47,077 bases of DNA from a virus (IMGVR_UViG_2541047907_000002:1-47077), one strand, 5' to 3'; positions 8,431-18,400 are shown, numbered from the stretch's first letter. The notes: generated from the letters alone by a model not told the origin. Translations and numbers: made by a program.

Positions 8431-9468
8431 ATGGCTAACGCCTGGCTCAGATTATGGCATGACATGCCAAATGATCCTAAGTGGCGAACAATTTCCAGGG
8501 TGTCAGGACAGCCAATCGCAACAGTGATGGCTGTGTATATCCACCTTCTGGTGAGCGCGTCACGAAATGTCACTACATGTCACGGCGTGTCACTACGTGG
8601 TCACATTGATGTCACGACGGAAGATTTAGCAAGTGCGCTTGATGTGACGGAAGAAGTAATTGATTCAATTTTACAGGCAATGCAGGGGCGGGTACTTGAT
8701 GGAGATTTAATCACTGGATGGGAAAAACGCCAGGTACTGAAAGAGGACAACGGTAACGTTTCTCAAACCGCGAAATCCCCGGCAGAGCGCAAGAGAGCGC
8801 AGCGCGAGAGGGAAAAATTACGAAAACAGAATGAGGCGTGCCACGACGAGTCACGCATATGTCACGACATGTCACGACGAGTCACGACAGATAAAGATAC
8901 AGATAAAGAATTAAACCCCACACATAACGCGCGCGAGAGTGCTCCGACCAGTGAGTCGAATGGTATGCCGTTGCAGGCAGCGGAACCTGATTACCTGGAA
9001 GGCCTGAGCGAACCCATCGGAAAATTTCCGATGACCGATGGCTGGCATCCGGCGCTGGATTTTCGACGACGGGCTGCACTGTGGGGAGTGGCTCTGTCAG
9101 AGCCGGAATTTACACCTGCTGAACTTGCCGCCTTCCGGGACTACTGGGCAGCGGAGGGGAAAGTGTTCACGCAGATTCAGTGGGAGCAGAAATTCGCCCG
9201 TCACGTAAATCACGTCAGGGCGCAGGTTAAACCAGCCAGCAAGGGGGAGAACTATGCAGGAATACCATCAGCAGGCACCGCATCGCGGGCAGTTCAGCAA
9301 ATCCGGGCTGCCCGTGAGCAGTGGGAACGCGAAAACGGGGTTGTCAGCGTCGGAGACGGCCTGGAAGCTGTGGGAACTCATGGGGGAGGTTTATTCGAAC
9401 CGCTGGACCCAGAAGAACGGGGCCGCACCTTCGAAGCTCTGGATTGCACAGATTGGCGCGATGACTGA
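8431..9468 (+). CDS. Replication initiation protein (O-like; YdaU/DUF1376-like N-terminus, DnaT-like C-terminus)
   Basis: N-terminus [19 protein letters not shown]; C-terminal region resembles the DnaT ssDNA-binding domain; translationally coupled to the next gene. Confidence 0.6.
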   Translation: MANAWLRLWHDMPNDPKWRTISRVSGQPIATVMAVYIHLLVSASRNVTTCHGVSLRGHIDVTTEDLASALDVTEEVIDSILQAMQGRVLDGDLITGWEKRQVLKEDNGNVSQTAKSPAERKRAQREREKLRKQNEACHDESRICHDMSRRVTTDKDTDKELNPTHNARESAPTSESNGMPLQAAEPDYLEGLSEPIGKFPMTDGWHPALDFRRRAALWGVALSEPEFTPAELAAFRDYWAAEGKVFTQIQWEQKFARHVNHVRAQVKPASKGENYAGIPSAGTASRAVQQIRAAREQWERENGVVSVGDGLEAVGTHGGGLFEPLDPEERGRTFEALDCTDWRDD

Positions 9469-9922
9469 GCTGCAAATCCGGCAGGTCTGCCGCCAGTGCA
9501 TGGACCGCTGCCGGGCGGGTGAAACATGGCCTCCGGACCTGGCTGAGTTTGTGGCGTTGATTTCAGAAAGTGGGGCTAACCCATTTGGTCTGACGGTGGA
9601 TGCTGTGATGGAGGAGTACCGCCGCTGGCGCAATGAGTCCTGGCGATACGACGGAAGCGATAAATATCCGTGGACTCAGCCTGTGCTGTATCACATTTGT
9701 CTTGAGATGCGTTCAAAGGGGATTGAGCGCCAGATGACCGAAAGGGAGTTAAAACGACTTGCAGAACGGCAACTAGCGAAATGGGCAAAGCATGTTGGTA
9801 TGGGGCTGAGTGTTCCGCCAGTCCGGCGACAACTGGCTGCACCCAAACGCCCGTCGGGGCCAACGCCAATTGAGTTGCTGAAACAGGAGCATGAACGCCG
9901 GAAAGCGGCTGGGTTTGTTTGA
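9461..9922 (+). CDS. Lambda P-like replication protein (C-terminal domain family)
   Basis: ATGA start/stop overlap with the upstream gene; segments resemble the lambda P C-terminal region (YPW...TD/E.ELRR pattern) as recalled. Confidence 0.5.
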   Translation: MTELQIRQVCRQCMDRCRAGETWPPDLAEFVALISESGANPFGLTVDAVMEEYRRWRNESWRYDGSDKYPWTQPVLYHICLEMRSKGIERQMTERELKRLAERQLAKWAKHVGMGLSVPPVRRQLAAPKRPSGPTPIELLKQEHERRKAAGFV

Positions 9923-9954
9923 GTTGAGAAGTAATTTTTACCGGGAGGAAACTT

Positions 9955-10716
9955 ATGGAGACTGTTTTTGACGCACTGAAAGCGATGGGAAAGGCCACAT
10001 CGGTAGAGCTGGCTGCGCGACTTGATATCAGTCGTGAAGAAGTACTGAACGAACTGTGGGAACTCAAAAGAAATGGCGTTGTTGATAAAACTGGTCACAC
10101 CTGGTTTCTGGCTGGCGAAGGTGAATCCGGGGTAACTGAAGAGCAGCCAGCACAATCTGAAGTACCGGATGTGCTAACCAGGGCGGTCGAACGAAAAGTT
10201 ACCGCGGACATGATGATTGAGTTTATCTGTCAGGATGGGGCTAAAACGTGTGAGGAACTGGCGGGTAAGTTCGGTGTCAGTACTCGCAAGGTTGCTTCCA
10301 CGCTGGCGGTGGTAACCGCAACGGGGCGCCTGGCACGCGTAAACCAGAACGGTAAATTTCGTTACTGCCTGCCGGGCGATAATTTACCAGCAGAGCCGAA
10401 AGCCGCATCGGTAGCGGAAACTGATGGTAAAGCCTTTCCTCAGCCAGCGGGTGTTGCGTTACCAGTACAGGAGGCTGCAACACAGGAAAATATTAAAACA
10501 GAAACTGTAGCGGACATTGTGCAGTCGCTGCCATCGTTCACTGAAACACGAGCTGATGACCTGGTTTTACCATCACTGCATATGGCAAACCGCAAACTGC
10601 GTCGGGCGAAAAATCATGTCCGGAAGTGGGAGCGTGTCTGCGCCGCGCTGCGGGAGCTGAACAAGTACCGGGATATTATACGGCAGATGAATTGTTCCAG
10701 AGAGGATGTGAAGTGA
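9955..10716 (+). CDS. Conserved phage protein with probable winged-helix domains
   Basis: 253 aa; GGAGG upstream of ATG; repeated ELA..LG(I/V)S.R.V helix-like segments. Confidence 0.5.
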   Translation: METVFDALKAMGKATSVELAARLDISREEVLNELWELKRNGVVDKTGHTWFLAGEGESGVTEEQPAQSEVPDVLTRAVERKVTADMMIEFICQDGAKTCEELAGKFGVSTRKVASTLAVVTATGRLARVNQNGKFRYCLPGDNLPAEPKAASVAETDGKAFPQPAGVALPVQEAATQENIKTETVADIVQSLPSFTETRADDLVLPSLHMANRKLRRAKNHVRKWERVCAALRELNKYRDIIRQMNCSREDVK

Positions 10717-11027
10717 GATGGCGTGGCTGGGTGCGGGCTGAAATCCTTATTCTTCGGCAGTGCGCGGGAACAATGAAGGTAAAAAGCATCGGCAGTCTGA
10801 TTGGCCGTAGTGAGGCGGCGGTCAGGACGAAAGCCCGGGAGATGGGAATAAGTCTGATTCTGCGGGGTGATTTTCACCAGTCAGCAAAATATCCACAGAG
10901 TGATATTGAGCTGGCGCGACAACTGCATCAGCGTGGTGTGTCCAGGAGAGAAATCGCCAGAAAATTCGGAATGCCGTTGCGCACAGTGAATAACTACGTT
11001 TATTTCGACAGGAGGGTGTCTGCGTGA
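10713..11027 (+). CDS. Small helix-turn-helix protein
   Basis: C-terminal HTH-like [27 protein letters not shown]; start is uncertain (GTG 10713 overlapping the upstream stop, or ATG 10774). Confidence 0.35.
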   Translation: MRWRGWVRAEILILRQCAGTMKVKSIGSLIGRSEAAVRTKAREMGISLILRGDFHQSAKYPQSDIELARQLHQRGVSRREIARKFGMPLRTVNNYVYFDRRVSA

Positions 11028-11269
11028 AAATCCTGTATCAGGATTACGGCCCGGTGGGGCAGGTGGTTATCAGCAGTACTGTAATGGAGTTCCGGAAGCA
11101 TAACCGTGTGGTGGATGCAGTGCTGTTAGCCTGTCCGGGGATATCGGCGAGTCGTGCAGGTGTGTTTATTATGAAGACGAAGTTATATGGCAGTACAGCG
11201 TGGATAAAGAAGGCGTATCGTGTAGCGTTGCAGGAGGTAAACAGTGAGCGAATCGGCAACCATTCTTGA
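11024..11269 (+). CDS. Hypothetical protein (81 aa)
   Basis: GTG start overlapping the upstream stop (GTGA), preceded by AGGAGGG. Confidence 0.4.
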   Translation: MKILYQDYGPVGQVVISSTVMEFRKHNRVVDAVLLACPGISASRAGVFIMKTKLYGSTAWIKKAYRVALQEVNSERIGNHS

Positions 11270-11717
11270 TATGTCCTGTGGCAGTCGTATGTTCTGGTTC
11301 GATAAGAATGACGACCGGGCGATATTTAGCGATATCAGAAAAGAAGAGCACACATTGTGTGATGGACGACGGCTGATAATTAGCCCTGACCTGATAGCAT
11401 ATTTTCGTGCACTACCTTTTGCAGACGCATCTTTTTCGATGGTTGTATTCGACCCTCCGCATCTTGAGCGTGTTGGTGATAACGCCTGGATGGGAAAGAA
11501 ATATGGACGGCTAAATAAAGATACCTGGCGTGATGATTTGCGGCAGGGATTTAAAGAAGCCTTTCGTGTGTTGCAGCCATACGGCGTTCTGATTTTCAAA
11601 TGGAATGAAACGCAAATACCTGTTCGCCAGATATTGGCACTGACCGACAGAAAACCTGTTATCGGTCAACGAACAGGAAAAAACGATAAAACTCACTGGA
11701 TTATTTTTATGAAATAG
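11244..11717 (+). CDS. Small SAM-dependent methyltransferase-like protein
   Basis: 157 aa; LDMSCGSRMFWFDK (glycine-rich motif I-like) followed by VVFDPPHL (motif IV D-P-P-H) and LQPYGVLIF; GTG start preceded by GGAGGT. Confidence 0.5.
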   Translation: MSESATILDMSCGSRMFWFDKNDDRAIFSDIRKEEHTLCDGRRLIISPDLIAYFRALPFADASFSMVVFDPPHLERVGDNAWMGKKYGRLNKDTWRDDLRQGFKEAFRVLQPYGVLIFKWNETQIPVRQILALTDRKPVIGQRTGKNDKTHWIIFMK

Positions 11718-11860
11718 GCATCCAGTGAGTAGGTTCGTAGGGTTACAGATACGTATATCTGAATAATTAAATTCAGTTCTGTAAATAAAATTTAATCCTT
11801 AACCGGAGGGATTTCTGCACCCTCAAATCATCAGGAGGCCGCCCGAAAGGGTGGTAATGA

Positions 11861-12079
11861 ATGACCACATCATTCAGAAAAGAATATCCGCGAAAAAGTA
11901 GAGCGACAGAATTTTTGTTTCTCATTCTGTTTATCGTGTTGATGATACCGACACCCCCGCTATTACTGGTCTGGTTTATCGGGAAAATAATTGAGCCCGT
12001 TATTGAATTGTATAACGACGTGGTATGGGTCCCGTTCAACACACTGCACAATAAAATTAATCCATATAAGGAAAACTGA
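11861..12079 (+). CDS. Small membrane protein (72 aa)
   Basis: Strongly hydrophobic core FLFLILFIVLMIPTPPLLLVWFIG; stop is 1 nt before the next start. Confidence 0.4.
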   Translation: MTTSFRKEYPRKSRATEFLFLILFIVLMIPTPPLLLVWFIGKIIEPVIELYNDVVWVPFNTLHNKINPYKEN

Positions 12080-12080
12080 A

Positions 12081-12644
12081 ATGACTGAATTAACCAAAGA
12101 ACAATTAATCGAAGAAGCGAAATTAAAAATAGCGATTGCGAAATGCCACCCCAATTCAGAGATGGCACAGGTAGAGGGCGAGTTATTCAAAATTGCACTG
12201 GCATCGCTCGAAGCGGAACCGATAGCGTGGAAATGTGGCGAAAACATAATCCTGTTTAATCCTGACACTGTTGAAGCATACGCAAAACGTGCGGAGATAA
12301 CACCTGAACCACTATTCGCTGCCCCACCTGTGCCGGTAGTGCCTGAAGGGCTTGTTAAAGCGGTATGCTTCTATGAACAGGTAAAGCGTGAGAATCCGCC
12401 AGCCGAAACAGGAGCATGGAAAGATGCTGTTGATTGGGTACTCAAAGAGGCCTGCTGTGCTGCCATTCTGGGTAAAGCTGACAATCCACCAGCATCCGGC
12501 AATCAGGTTAGCGAATTAACCATGCTGGTTAAGCAATTAGTCAGTCAACTGAAGAAAGTGAAGCCGGACTGTAAATTACCGGGTAAGGTGATGGACTACC
12601 TGAAGCGAAACGGACTGATAAGCGCGGAGGATATTTTACTATGA
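12081..12644 (+). CDS. Hypothetical protein (187 aa)
   Basis: ATG 12081 preceded by AAGGAAAA; no family recognised. Confidence 0.5.
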   Translation: MTELTKEQLIEEAKLKIAIAKCHPNSEMAQVEGELFKIALASLEAEPIAWKCGENIILFNPDTVEAYAKRAEITPEPLFAAPPVPVVPEGLVKAVCFYEQVKRENPPAETGAWKDAVDWVLKEACCAAILGKADNPPASGNQVSELTMLVKQLVSQLKKVKPDCKLPGKVMDYLKRNGLISAEDILL

Positions 12645-12724
12645 CCTGGCCTGAGGCGTTCACAACGGCAGGAATTGCAATGGCGGTGGCGCTGGTGGTG
12701 TATTCGATTTGCCGCTGGGGATAA
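12641..12724 (+). CDS. Possible 27 aa hydrophobic peptide
   Basis: ATGA overlap with the upstream stop; MTWPEAFTTAGIAMAVALVVYSICRWG has a single predicted transmembrane segment. Confidence 0.2.
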   Translation: MTWPEAFTTAGIAMAVALVVYSICRWG

Positions 12725-12734
12725 ATCGCCGAAA

Positions 12735-12768
12735 AAAGATCCCGACACAAACATGAGCCGGGATCTTT
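12735..12768. terminator. Convergent intrinsic terminator between the plus-strand cluster and the minus-strand toxin-antitoxin operon
   Basis: 10 bp stem AAAGATCCCG/CGGGATCTTT; a U-run follows on the minus strand (plus-strand A6 at 12732-12737). Confidence 0.4.
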
Positions 12769-12848
12769 GATTTATATAGCCTACGAATCCGCCAGTAAGA
12801 GAGGGGGCGGACGGTTTATTCTAACACCGGAATGATGTGGGTAAAAGT

Positions 12849-13148
12849 TTATAAGAAATCGGTTTCATAACTTTGCCCACCATGATAGATACCGACAATA
12901 AAGACTTTTCTGCCATCAACGGCAAAAGCAATAATCGTTCTGTGGCGGAAATGAGTTACCCGCATCCCATGGCGAATATCATCGCGTTTATTGCCCCGAT
13001 GCGGGAATGTAGAAAACCCATCAAGATAATCAAGAAGCGCATTGGCATAATTGTCAGCAATGACGTTCCCTGCTTTCTCCGTTATATATCTGTGCAGGTT
13101 GATTATTTGTTGTTCGGCCTCAGGAGTAATGATGACTTCATATGTCAT
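12849..13148 (-). CDS. ParE/RelE-family type II toxin
   Basis: 99 aa; immediately downstream of and coupled to a ParD-like gene; conserved ParE-like segments (recalled family pattern). Confidence 0.7.
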   Translation of the reverse strand: MTYEVIITPEAEQQIINLHRYITEKAGNVIADNYANALLDYLDGFSTFPHRGNKRDDIRHGMRVTHFRHRTIIAFAVDGRKVFIVGIYHGGQSYETDFL

Positions 13149-13153
13149 GCAGA

Positions 13154-13411
13154 TTACTTCCCGGATCGAATCGCGGCGCGAACCTGTGAAATGGAGCGTC
13201 CGTTGTTTGGATTTTCGCGGATAGAATCAAGAGAGGGGGCGGCTGAATGCGTTAACCACGCTTCGATTGCTTTATCGCGCTCATTCAGTGCGCGAAGCCC
13301 TTCACGAATGACCTCGCTTTCTGAAGCATAGGCACCGGAAGCCACACGGGCGCGCACCATGTCAGCCATCTCGTTAGTTAATGTAATGCTGAATTGTTGG
13401 GTTGTACGCAT
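13154..13411 (-). CDS. ParD/CopG-like ribbon-helix-helix antitoxin
   Basis: Start at ATG 13409-13411 with GAGG upstream; MRTTQQFSITLTNEMADMVRARVASG is RHH-like; 5 nt upstream of the toxin. Confidence 0.6.
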   Translation of the reverse strand: MRTTQQFSITLTNEMADMVRARVASGAYASESEVIREGLRALNERDKAIEAWLTHSAAPSLDSIRENPNNGRSISQVRAAIRSGK

Positions 13412-13492
13412 GGTAAACCTCACGGAGTAGGATAGAACACTATTCGATGATAGCACGCTGCCTGTTGACGACAACAGAAATCAGAGACAATA

Positions 13493-13825
13493 TTGCCGCA
13501 CGCCAGCCTGAACAACTGGCACCTGCTGCGCCAGCAGAGACAACCGATGGCGCAAGATACCAAATTACACAATTCTGATGATTCTGCCGTCTTTGCCAGC
13601 AGGCACAGGCGGCGTTCTCATGCATTCAAATATGACTGGTACCGGCATGACCCATGCACTGAAGAACAGGCCGAATGGCTGATTCAGAACTACCGCAGAC
13701 GTGGGTATGAGTTTAGGAAAGCCCTCACCCTCGATTATCGTCGCTGGATAATCTACGTCAGACTCCCTTATTCCGAACGCCCACCGCGTCCGTCCCGCAC
13801 ATTCCAGCAACGCATCTGGAGGTAA
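13493..13825 (+). CDS. Hypothetical basic protein (nin-region)
   Basis: ORF whose 3' end carries the RBS of the next gene; start uncertain. Confidence 0.35.
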   Translation: MPHASLNNWHLLRQQRQPMAQDTKLHNSDDSAVFASRHRRRSHAFKYDWYRHDPCTEEQAEWLIQNYRRRGYEFRKALTLDYRRWIIYVRLPYSERPPRPSRTFQQRIWR

Positions 13826-13826
13826 C

Positions 13827-14876
13827 GTGCGGGTATTGCTTCGACCTGTTCATGTACCGGAACTTGGGCTGGTGATCCTTAAACCTGGCCGTGAATCCAT
13901 GCAGGTATTTCATAACCCTCGAGTGCTGGTGGAGCCGGAACCGAAAAGCATGCGCGGTCTGCCGTCTGGAGTCGTTCCTGCCGTTCGCCAGCCGCTGGCG
14001 GAGGATAAATCATTACTGCCATTTTTCAGTGACGAACGGGTAATTCGTGCTGCTGGCGGTGCTGGTTCACTGTCTGACTGGCTCCTGCGTCATGTTAAAT
14101 CCTGCCAGTGGCCTCATGGTGACTACCATCACAGTGAAACCGTCATACATCGCTACGGTACCGGCGCGATGGTATTGTGCTGGCACTGCGACAACCAGCT
14201 GCGTGACCAGACTTCCGAGTCGCTCGGGCAACTTGCTCATCAAAACCTGACAGCATGGATGATTGACGTCATCCGTCACGCAATAAGCGGTGTGCAGGAG
14301 CGGGAATTATCGCTGGCTGAATTGTACTGCTGGGCTGCTGTAAATGATGTAGTGGATGCCATGACCGAAAATATGGCGCGTCGAATCCTGAAGCTTCCGG
14401 GTGAAAAAATCCGCTCAGTATACCGCGAAAGCGACATCATACCGGGAGAGCAGACAGCTACCAGCATACTGAAGCAGCGCACAAAAAATATTGCGCTACC
14501 ACCTCACGCCCACCAGCAACAGAACCCACCACAGGAAAAGGCGGTGGTAAGCATCGCCGTTGATCCTGAGTCCCCGGAATCTTTCATGAGGCGACCTAAA
14601 CGTCGCCGTTGGATAAATGAGAAATACACACGCTGGGTGAAGACACAGCCGTGTGCGTGTTGTTGTCAGCCAGCCGACGATCCCCATCACCTGATTGGTC
14701 ACAGTCAGGGAGGGATGGGAACAAAGGCCCACGATATTTTCACGCTACCGTTGTGTCGGGAACATCACAACGAACTTCATGCGGATCCGCTGGCGTTCGA
14801 AGAAAAGCATGGTTCCCAGGTTGATTTAATTTTTCGTTTTCTTGATCACGCCTTTGCAACCGGCGTGCTTGGGTAA
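13827..14876 (+). CDS. DUF968/YdfU-like protein with C-terminal HNH-like Cys/His motif
   Basis: 349 aa; GTG start preceded by GGAGGT; C-terminal CACCCQPADDPHHLIGHS...CREHHNELH. Confidence 0.6.
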   Translation: MRVLLRPVHVPELGLVILKPGRESMQVFHNPRVLVEPEPKSMRGLPSGVVPAVRQPLAEDKSLLPFFSDERVIRAAGGAGSLSDWLLRHVKSCQWPHGDYHHSETVIHRYGTGAMVLCWHCDNQLRDQTSESLGQLAHQNLTAWMIDVIRHAISGVQERELSLAELYCWAAVNDVVDAMTENMARRILKLPGEKIRSVYRESDIIPGEQTATSILKQRTKNIALPPHAHQQQNPPQEKAVVSIAVDPESPESFMRRPKRRRWINEKYTRWVKTQPCACCCQPADDPHHLIGHSQGGMGTKAHDIFTLPLCREHHNELHADPLAFEEKHGSQVDLIFRFLDHAFATGVLG

Positions 14877-14888
14877 AAGAGGTTACTG

Positions 14889-15248
14889 ATGCGTATAGAG
14901 TTTGTTTTGCCTTACCCGCCGACGGTGAACACCTACTGGCGACGTCGTGGCAGCACATATTTTGTATCAAAAGCCGGTGAGCGTTATCGCCGTGATGTGG
15001 CGCTTATTGTTCGCCAGCAGCGACTGAAATTAAACCTGTCCGGAAGGCTGGCAATAAAGATTATTGCAGAGCCACCGGATAAGCGCCGTCGTGACCTGGA
15101 CAATATTCTGAAAGCACCACTGGATGCACTGACACATGCGGGGTTGCTTATCGACGACGAGCAGTTTGATGAAATCAATATTGTGCGCGGTCAGGTCGTT
15201 CCTGGTGGTCGGCTGGGGATAAAAATCACAGAACTGGAGTGCGCATGA
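14889..15248 (+). CDS. rusA: RusA-family Holliday junction resolvase
   Basis: 119 aa beginning MRIEFVLPYPPTVNTYW with later DLDNILKAPLDAL segment, typical RusA; AGAGG upstream. Confidence 0.8.
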   Translation: MRIEFVLPYPPTVNTYWRRRGSTYFVSKAGERYRRDVALIVRQQRLKLNLSGRLAIKIIAEPPDKRRRDLDNILKAPLDALTHAGLLIDDEQFDEINIVRGQVVPGGRLGIKITELECA

Positions 15249-15934
15249 ATAACCAGTATTTACAGTTTGTTCGTGAGCAACTCATGATTGCCACCACCGA
15301 TTTGAGTGGATCAACAAAAGGGCAGCTTGAGGCCTGGCAGGAGAATGCCATGTTTGATACAGGGCGTTACAGGCGTAAAAAAATCCGGTACCGCGATGAA
15401 GTGACCGGAAAAATGATAACGCTGGATAATCCACCAATCCCGGGGAAACAATCGCTGGCGAAGGGGACGTCAATTCCTCTGGTAAGTCAGGTTGAGTTTT
15501 CGACATCATCATGGCGACGGGCAGTTCTGTCTCTTGAAGAACATCATAAAACCTGGTTGTTGTGGTGTTACAGCGGAAGTATTTGCTGGGAGTATCAGAT
15601 CGCGATAACACAGTGGGTGTGGAATGAATTTAAGGCGCAATCCGGTACCAGAAAAATTGCAGGGAAAACGCTGGAGCGCCTGAAAAAATTAATCTGGCTG
15701 GCGGCACAGGATGTGAAGAGTGAGCTGGCTGGGCGTGAAACTTATGAATATCAGGAACTGGCATTACTGGCGGGTGTGACAACAAAAAACTGGTCCAAAA
15801 CATTTACTGGTCACTGGGTTGCAATGAAAGACATTTTCCACCGGCTGGATAGTGAGGCCTTATTGTTTGTGATGAGAACACGTTCAGAACAAAAGACGGC
15901 ATTTTCAAAGAAAAGTATTGCAAAAGTAGATTAA
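15245..15934 (+). CDS. Putative late-gene antiterminator Q
   Basis: 229 aa; ATGA overlap with rusA; position (after rusA, before the late/lysis region) and Cys/Trp-rich core fit the Q family. Confidence 0.6.
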   Translation: MNNQYLQFVREQLMIATTDLSGSTKGQLEAWQENAMFDTGRYRRKKIRYRDEVTGKMITLDNPPIPGKQSLAKGTSIPLVSQVEFSTSSWRRAVLSLEEHHKTWLLWCYSGSICWEYQIAITQWVWNEFKAQSGTRKIAGKTLERLKKLIWLAAQDVKSELAGRETYEYQELALLAGVTTKNWSKTFTGHWVAMKDIFHRLDSEALLFVMRTRSEQKTAFSKKSIAKVD

Positions 15935-15998
15935 AAGGCATATATTTCTTGCCAAATCTGATATTTTGCCGATTTTGTACGTGATGGCAAAGTAAGCA

Positions 15999-16023
15999 AA
16001 ACCCGCCGCCGAGCGGGTTTTTT
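15999..16023 (+). terminator. Intrinsic terminator (tR'-like), copy 1 of a repeated terminator-leader module
   Basis: Stem AAACCCGC/GCGGGTTT with 6 nt loop followed by TTTTTT; about 65 nt after the Q stop. Confidence 0.5.
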
Positions 16024-16146
16024 ATGCCTGAAAATTGGTGTAGTACGTTAAACGCGCTGGTGGTTGCGAATACTGGTCTTTCAGCTTGCTTGCTTTTTGG
16101 ACAAGAGTTATTGGTATGTCACGTTAACCAGAAAAGGAAAAAAGAC

Positions 16147-16344
16147 ATGCTAAAACAGCAGGATATGACCGAAACCGCCAGAGTGGTATTTAATGAATTA
16201 AGTGTCACCGAACCGGCGACCGTCGGGGAAATTGCGCAGAATACTTACCTTTCACGCGAACGCTGCCAGTTAATACTGACCCAGCTTGTTATGGCGGGTC
16301 TGGCAGATTATCAGTTCGGTTGTTACAGACGCCTTCCGCAGTGA
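16147..16344 (+). CDS. Small protein (65 aa), possible winged-helix regulator
   Basis: MLKQQDMTETARVVFNELSVTEPATVGEIAQNTYLSRERCQLILTQLVMAGL; a paralogous copy lies at 19791-20015. Confidence 0.45.
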   Translation: MLKQQDMTETARVVFNELSVTEPATVGEIAQNTYLSRERCQLILTQLVMAGLADYQFGCYRRLPQ

Positions 16345-16494
16345 AGGCTTTTTAATTTGTGGTAATGGGCGGCTGGTGGGTGTTAGCGGCACCTGCCAGC
16401 CATCTGCTCATGCGTTGGGATCACAAGCAAACCTCAGGCCCATCTGCTTTGCGCAAAAGCAGAATGAGCCTATCAGAGAAGTGCTTATTGATCT

Positions 16495-17547
16495 ATGGTT
16501 GATACTGTAAAAATATCCAGTTGTGAGTTGGTCAACGCTGATTGCCTGGAATTTATCCGGACCTTACCTGAAAACTCTGTCGATCTGATAGTCACGGACC
16601 CACCATACTTTAAAGTGAAACCTGAGGGCTGGGATAACCAGTGGAAGGGCGACGATGATTACCTGCAATGGCTGGACCAGTGTCTGGCGCAGTTCTGGCG
16701 GCTACTGAAGCCTGCCGGAAGTCTCTACCTGTTCTGTGGGCATCGCCTGGCATCTGATATCGAAATCATGATGCGTGAGCGCTTTAATGTGCTTAACCAT
16801 ATTATCTGGGCTAAGCCGTCCGGACGCTGGAACGGGTGCAACAAGGAAAGCCTGCGGGTGTATTTCCCTGCCACAGAGCGCATTTTGTTTGCAGAACATT
16901 ATCAGGGACCGTATCGCCCGAAAGATGATGGCTATGAGGCGAAGGGCAGGGCACTGAAACAGCATGTGATGGCCCCGCTGATTGCTTACTTTCGTGATGC
17001 GCGTGAATCACTGGGAATAACGTCAAAACAGATAGCGGAAGCTACCGGAAAGAAAAACATGGCTTCCCACTGGTTCAGTGCCAGTCAGTGGCAGCTGCCG
17101 AACAAAGGCGATTATCTGAAATTACAGGCGCTGTTTGCCCGGGTTGCCGAAGAGAAGCATCAGCGCGGTGAACTGGAAAAGCCGCACCACCAGCTGGTCA
17201 GCACATACAGTGAACTGAACCGGCAATATGCCAGTCTGCTGGAGGAGTACAAATCTCTTCGGCGTTATTTTTCCGTATCGGCTGCCGTTCCGTATACGGA
17301 TGTCTGGACGCACAAGCCCGTGCAGTATTATCCGGGCAAACATCCATGTGAAAAACCGTCGGATATGTTGCGTCAGATAATTACCGCCAGCAGTCGTCCG
17401 GGTGACCTGGTTGCGGACTTTTTTATGGGGTCGGGGTCAACAGTAAAAGCAGCACTGGCGCTGGGGCGCAGGGTATTAGGTGTTGAGCTTGAGTCAGAAC
17501 GTTTTGAGCAGACAGTGAAAGAGGTAAGTGGTCAGGGGTATATTTGA
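16495..17547 (+). CDS. Orphan DNA methyltransferase, beta-class (N6-adenine or N4-cytosine)
   Basis: 350 aa; N-terminal IVTDPPYF (motif IV) and C-terminal FFMGSGST (motif I) in the beta-class order; no restriction endonuclease candidate nearby. Confidence 0.75.
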   Translation: MVDTVKISSCELVNADCLEFIRTLPENSVDLIVTDPPYFKVKPEGWDNQWKGDDDYLQWLDQCLAQFWRLLKPAGSLYLFCGHRLASDIEIMMRERFNVLNHIIWAKPSGRWNGCNKESLRVYFPATERILFAEHYQGPYRPKDDGYEAKGRALKQHVMAPLIAYFRDARESLGITSKQIAEATGKKNMASHWFSASQWQLPNKGDYLKLQALFARVAEEKHQRGELEKPHHQLVSTYSELNRQYASLLEEYKSLRRYFSVSAAVPYTDVWTHKPVQYYPGKHPCEKPSDMLRQIITASSRPGDLVADFFMGSGSTVKAALALGRRVLGVELESERFEQTVKEVSGQGYI

Positions 17548-17667
17548 TAACAAAATCTTAAATATTTCGCTCATTTATTGTTAGCGTTCTTAATATTGGG
17601 TATTTTCAACAGTGCAGGATAACCCTGTAACGAAACTTAATCTGGTTCCATCATGAAAGTCTTTGCC

Positions 17668-17700
17668 AGTAGTCTCCGGATGGCTGGCTTTTTTTTGCGC
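17668..17700 (+). terminator. Putative intrinsic terminator downstream of the methyltransferase
   Basis: Short stem GCCAG/CTGGC followed by T8 (GCTGGCTTTTTTTT). Confidence 0.4.
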
Positions 17701-17780
17701 CAAATCGAAAATATTTTACAGTCTGATTGTGTGGGCGTATTTTTGTGATTTTTGTAACGTTTTCAGGCGTTTTGTATTAA

Positions 17781-18001
17781 TAGACTTTTTTCAGCGGCGC
17801 ATCCCGTGACGCAGCGGGGTTGAATGGCTGGTCTCCTTCACAAGCGCATACTGCGTGGAATCGCACAGCGGGTCATGGTTTAAGCCAGCCAGTGACTCAT
17901 CGGTAAAAATCCGACGCCGTCATGCTAATGACTATTCCATACTATCTGTCTGAATCCTGAGTGTCCTGAAGCCGGTAAATGAACTCTGTTACCGGCTTTT
18001 T
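17781..18001 (+). ncRNA. Candidate small RNA unit A (paralog of unit B)
   Basis: No ORF of 60 aa or more on either strand; conserved 5' block CAGCGGCGCATCCCGTGACGCAGCGGGG and internal block CCAGTGACTCATCGGTAAAAATCCGACGCC shared with unit B; ends in a 10 bp stem AAGCCGGTAA/TTACCGGCTT plus T5; upstream TGTATTAAT resembles an extended -10. Confidence 0.3.
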
Positions 18002-18189
18002 ATATCGGTATGTTGTGGAGATGCCGAAAGCCTCACATTTTTTGTGGTTGAATATCACCCTGTGAGTGAAAATAAGGTGCAGATAAAAAACTGCATGGTT
18101 TTTGCGTAATATCAAAAAAGCATTCCAGCCCCACAGGCTTTATAATTTTTTGTGATAGCCATAACTTTTCAGAATGTTCTGTGTTTTGT

Positions 18190-18400
18190 AGACTTTTTAA
18201 AGCGGCGCATCCCGTGATGCAGCGGGGCTGAGTGGTCAGGGGTTCCTTCAGATGTACAATTCACAGAAACACTCAGTGGGCCATGGTATTTGGCTGCCAG
18301 TGACTCATCGGTAAAAATCCGACGCCGCTGCTCCTTGTTCTTCACATGGTTTTCTTAGCGTATTTTAAGCCGGTTGATAAACTCCACTTCCGGCTTTCTT
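18190..18400 (+). ncRNA. Candidate small RNA unit B (paralog of unit A)
   Basis: Same two conserved blocks as unit A with divergent middle and 3' parts; ends in stem AAGCCGG/CCGGCTT followed by a T-run. Confidence 0.3.

Noticed and set aside
9254-9460. Long 5' extension of the P-like gene overlapping the O-like gene
   Set aside because: An ATGA start/stop overlap at 9461-9468 gives the usual translational coupling; the extension is a different frame of the upstream gene.
11773-12268. Minus-strand ORFs 11773-12168 and 11963-12268
   Set aside because: Antisense to the coupled plus-strand genes at 11861-12644; no ribosome-binding site; hydrophobic low-complexity translations.
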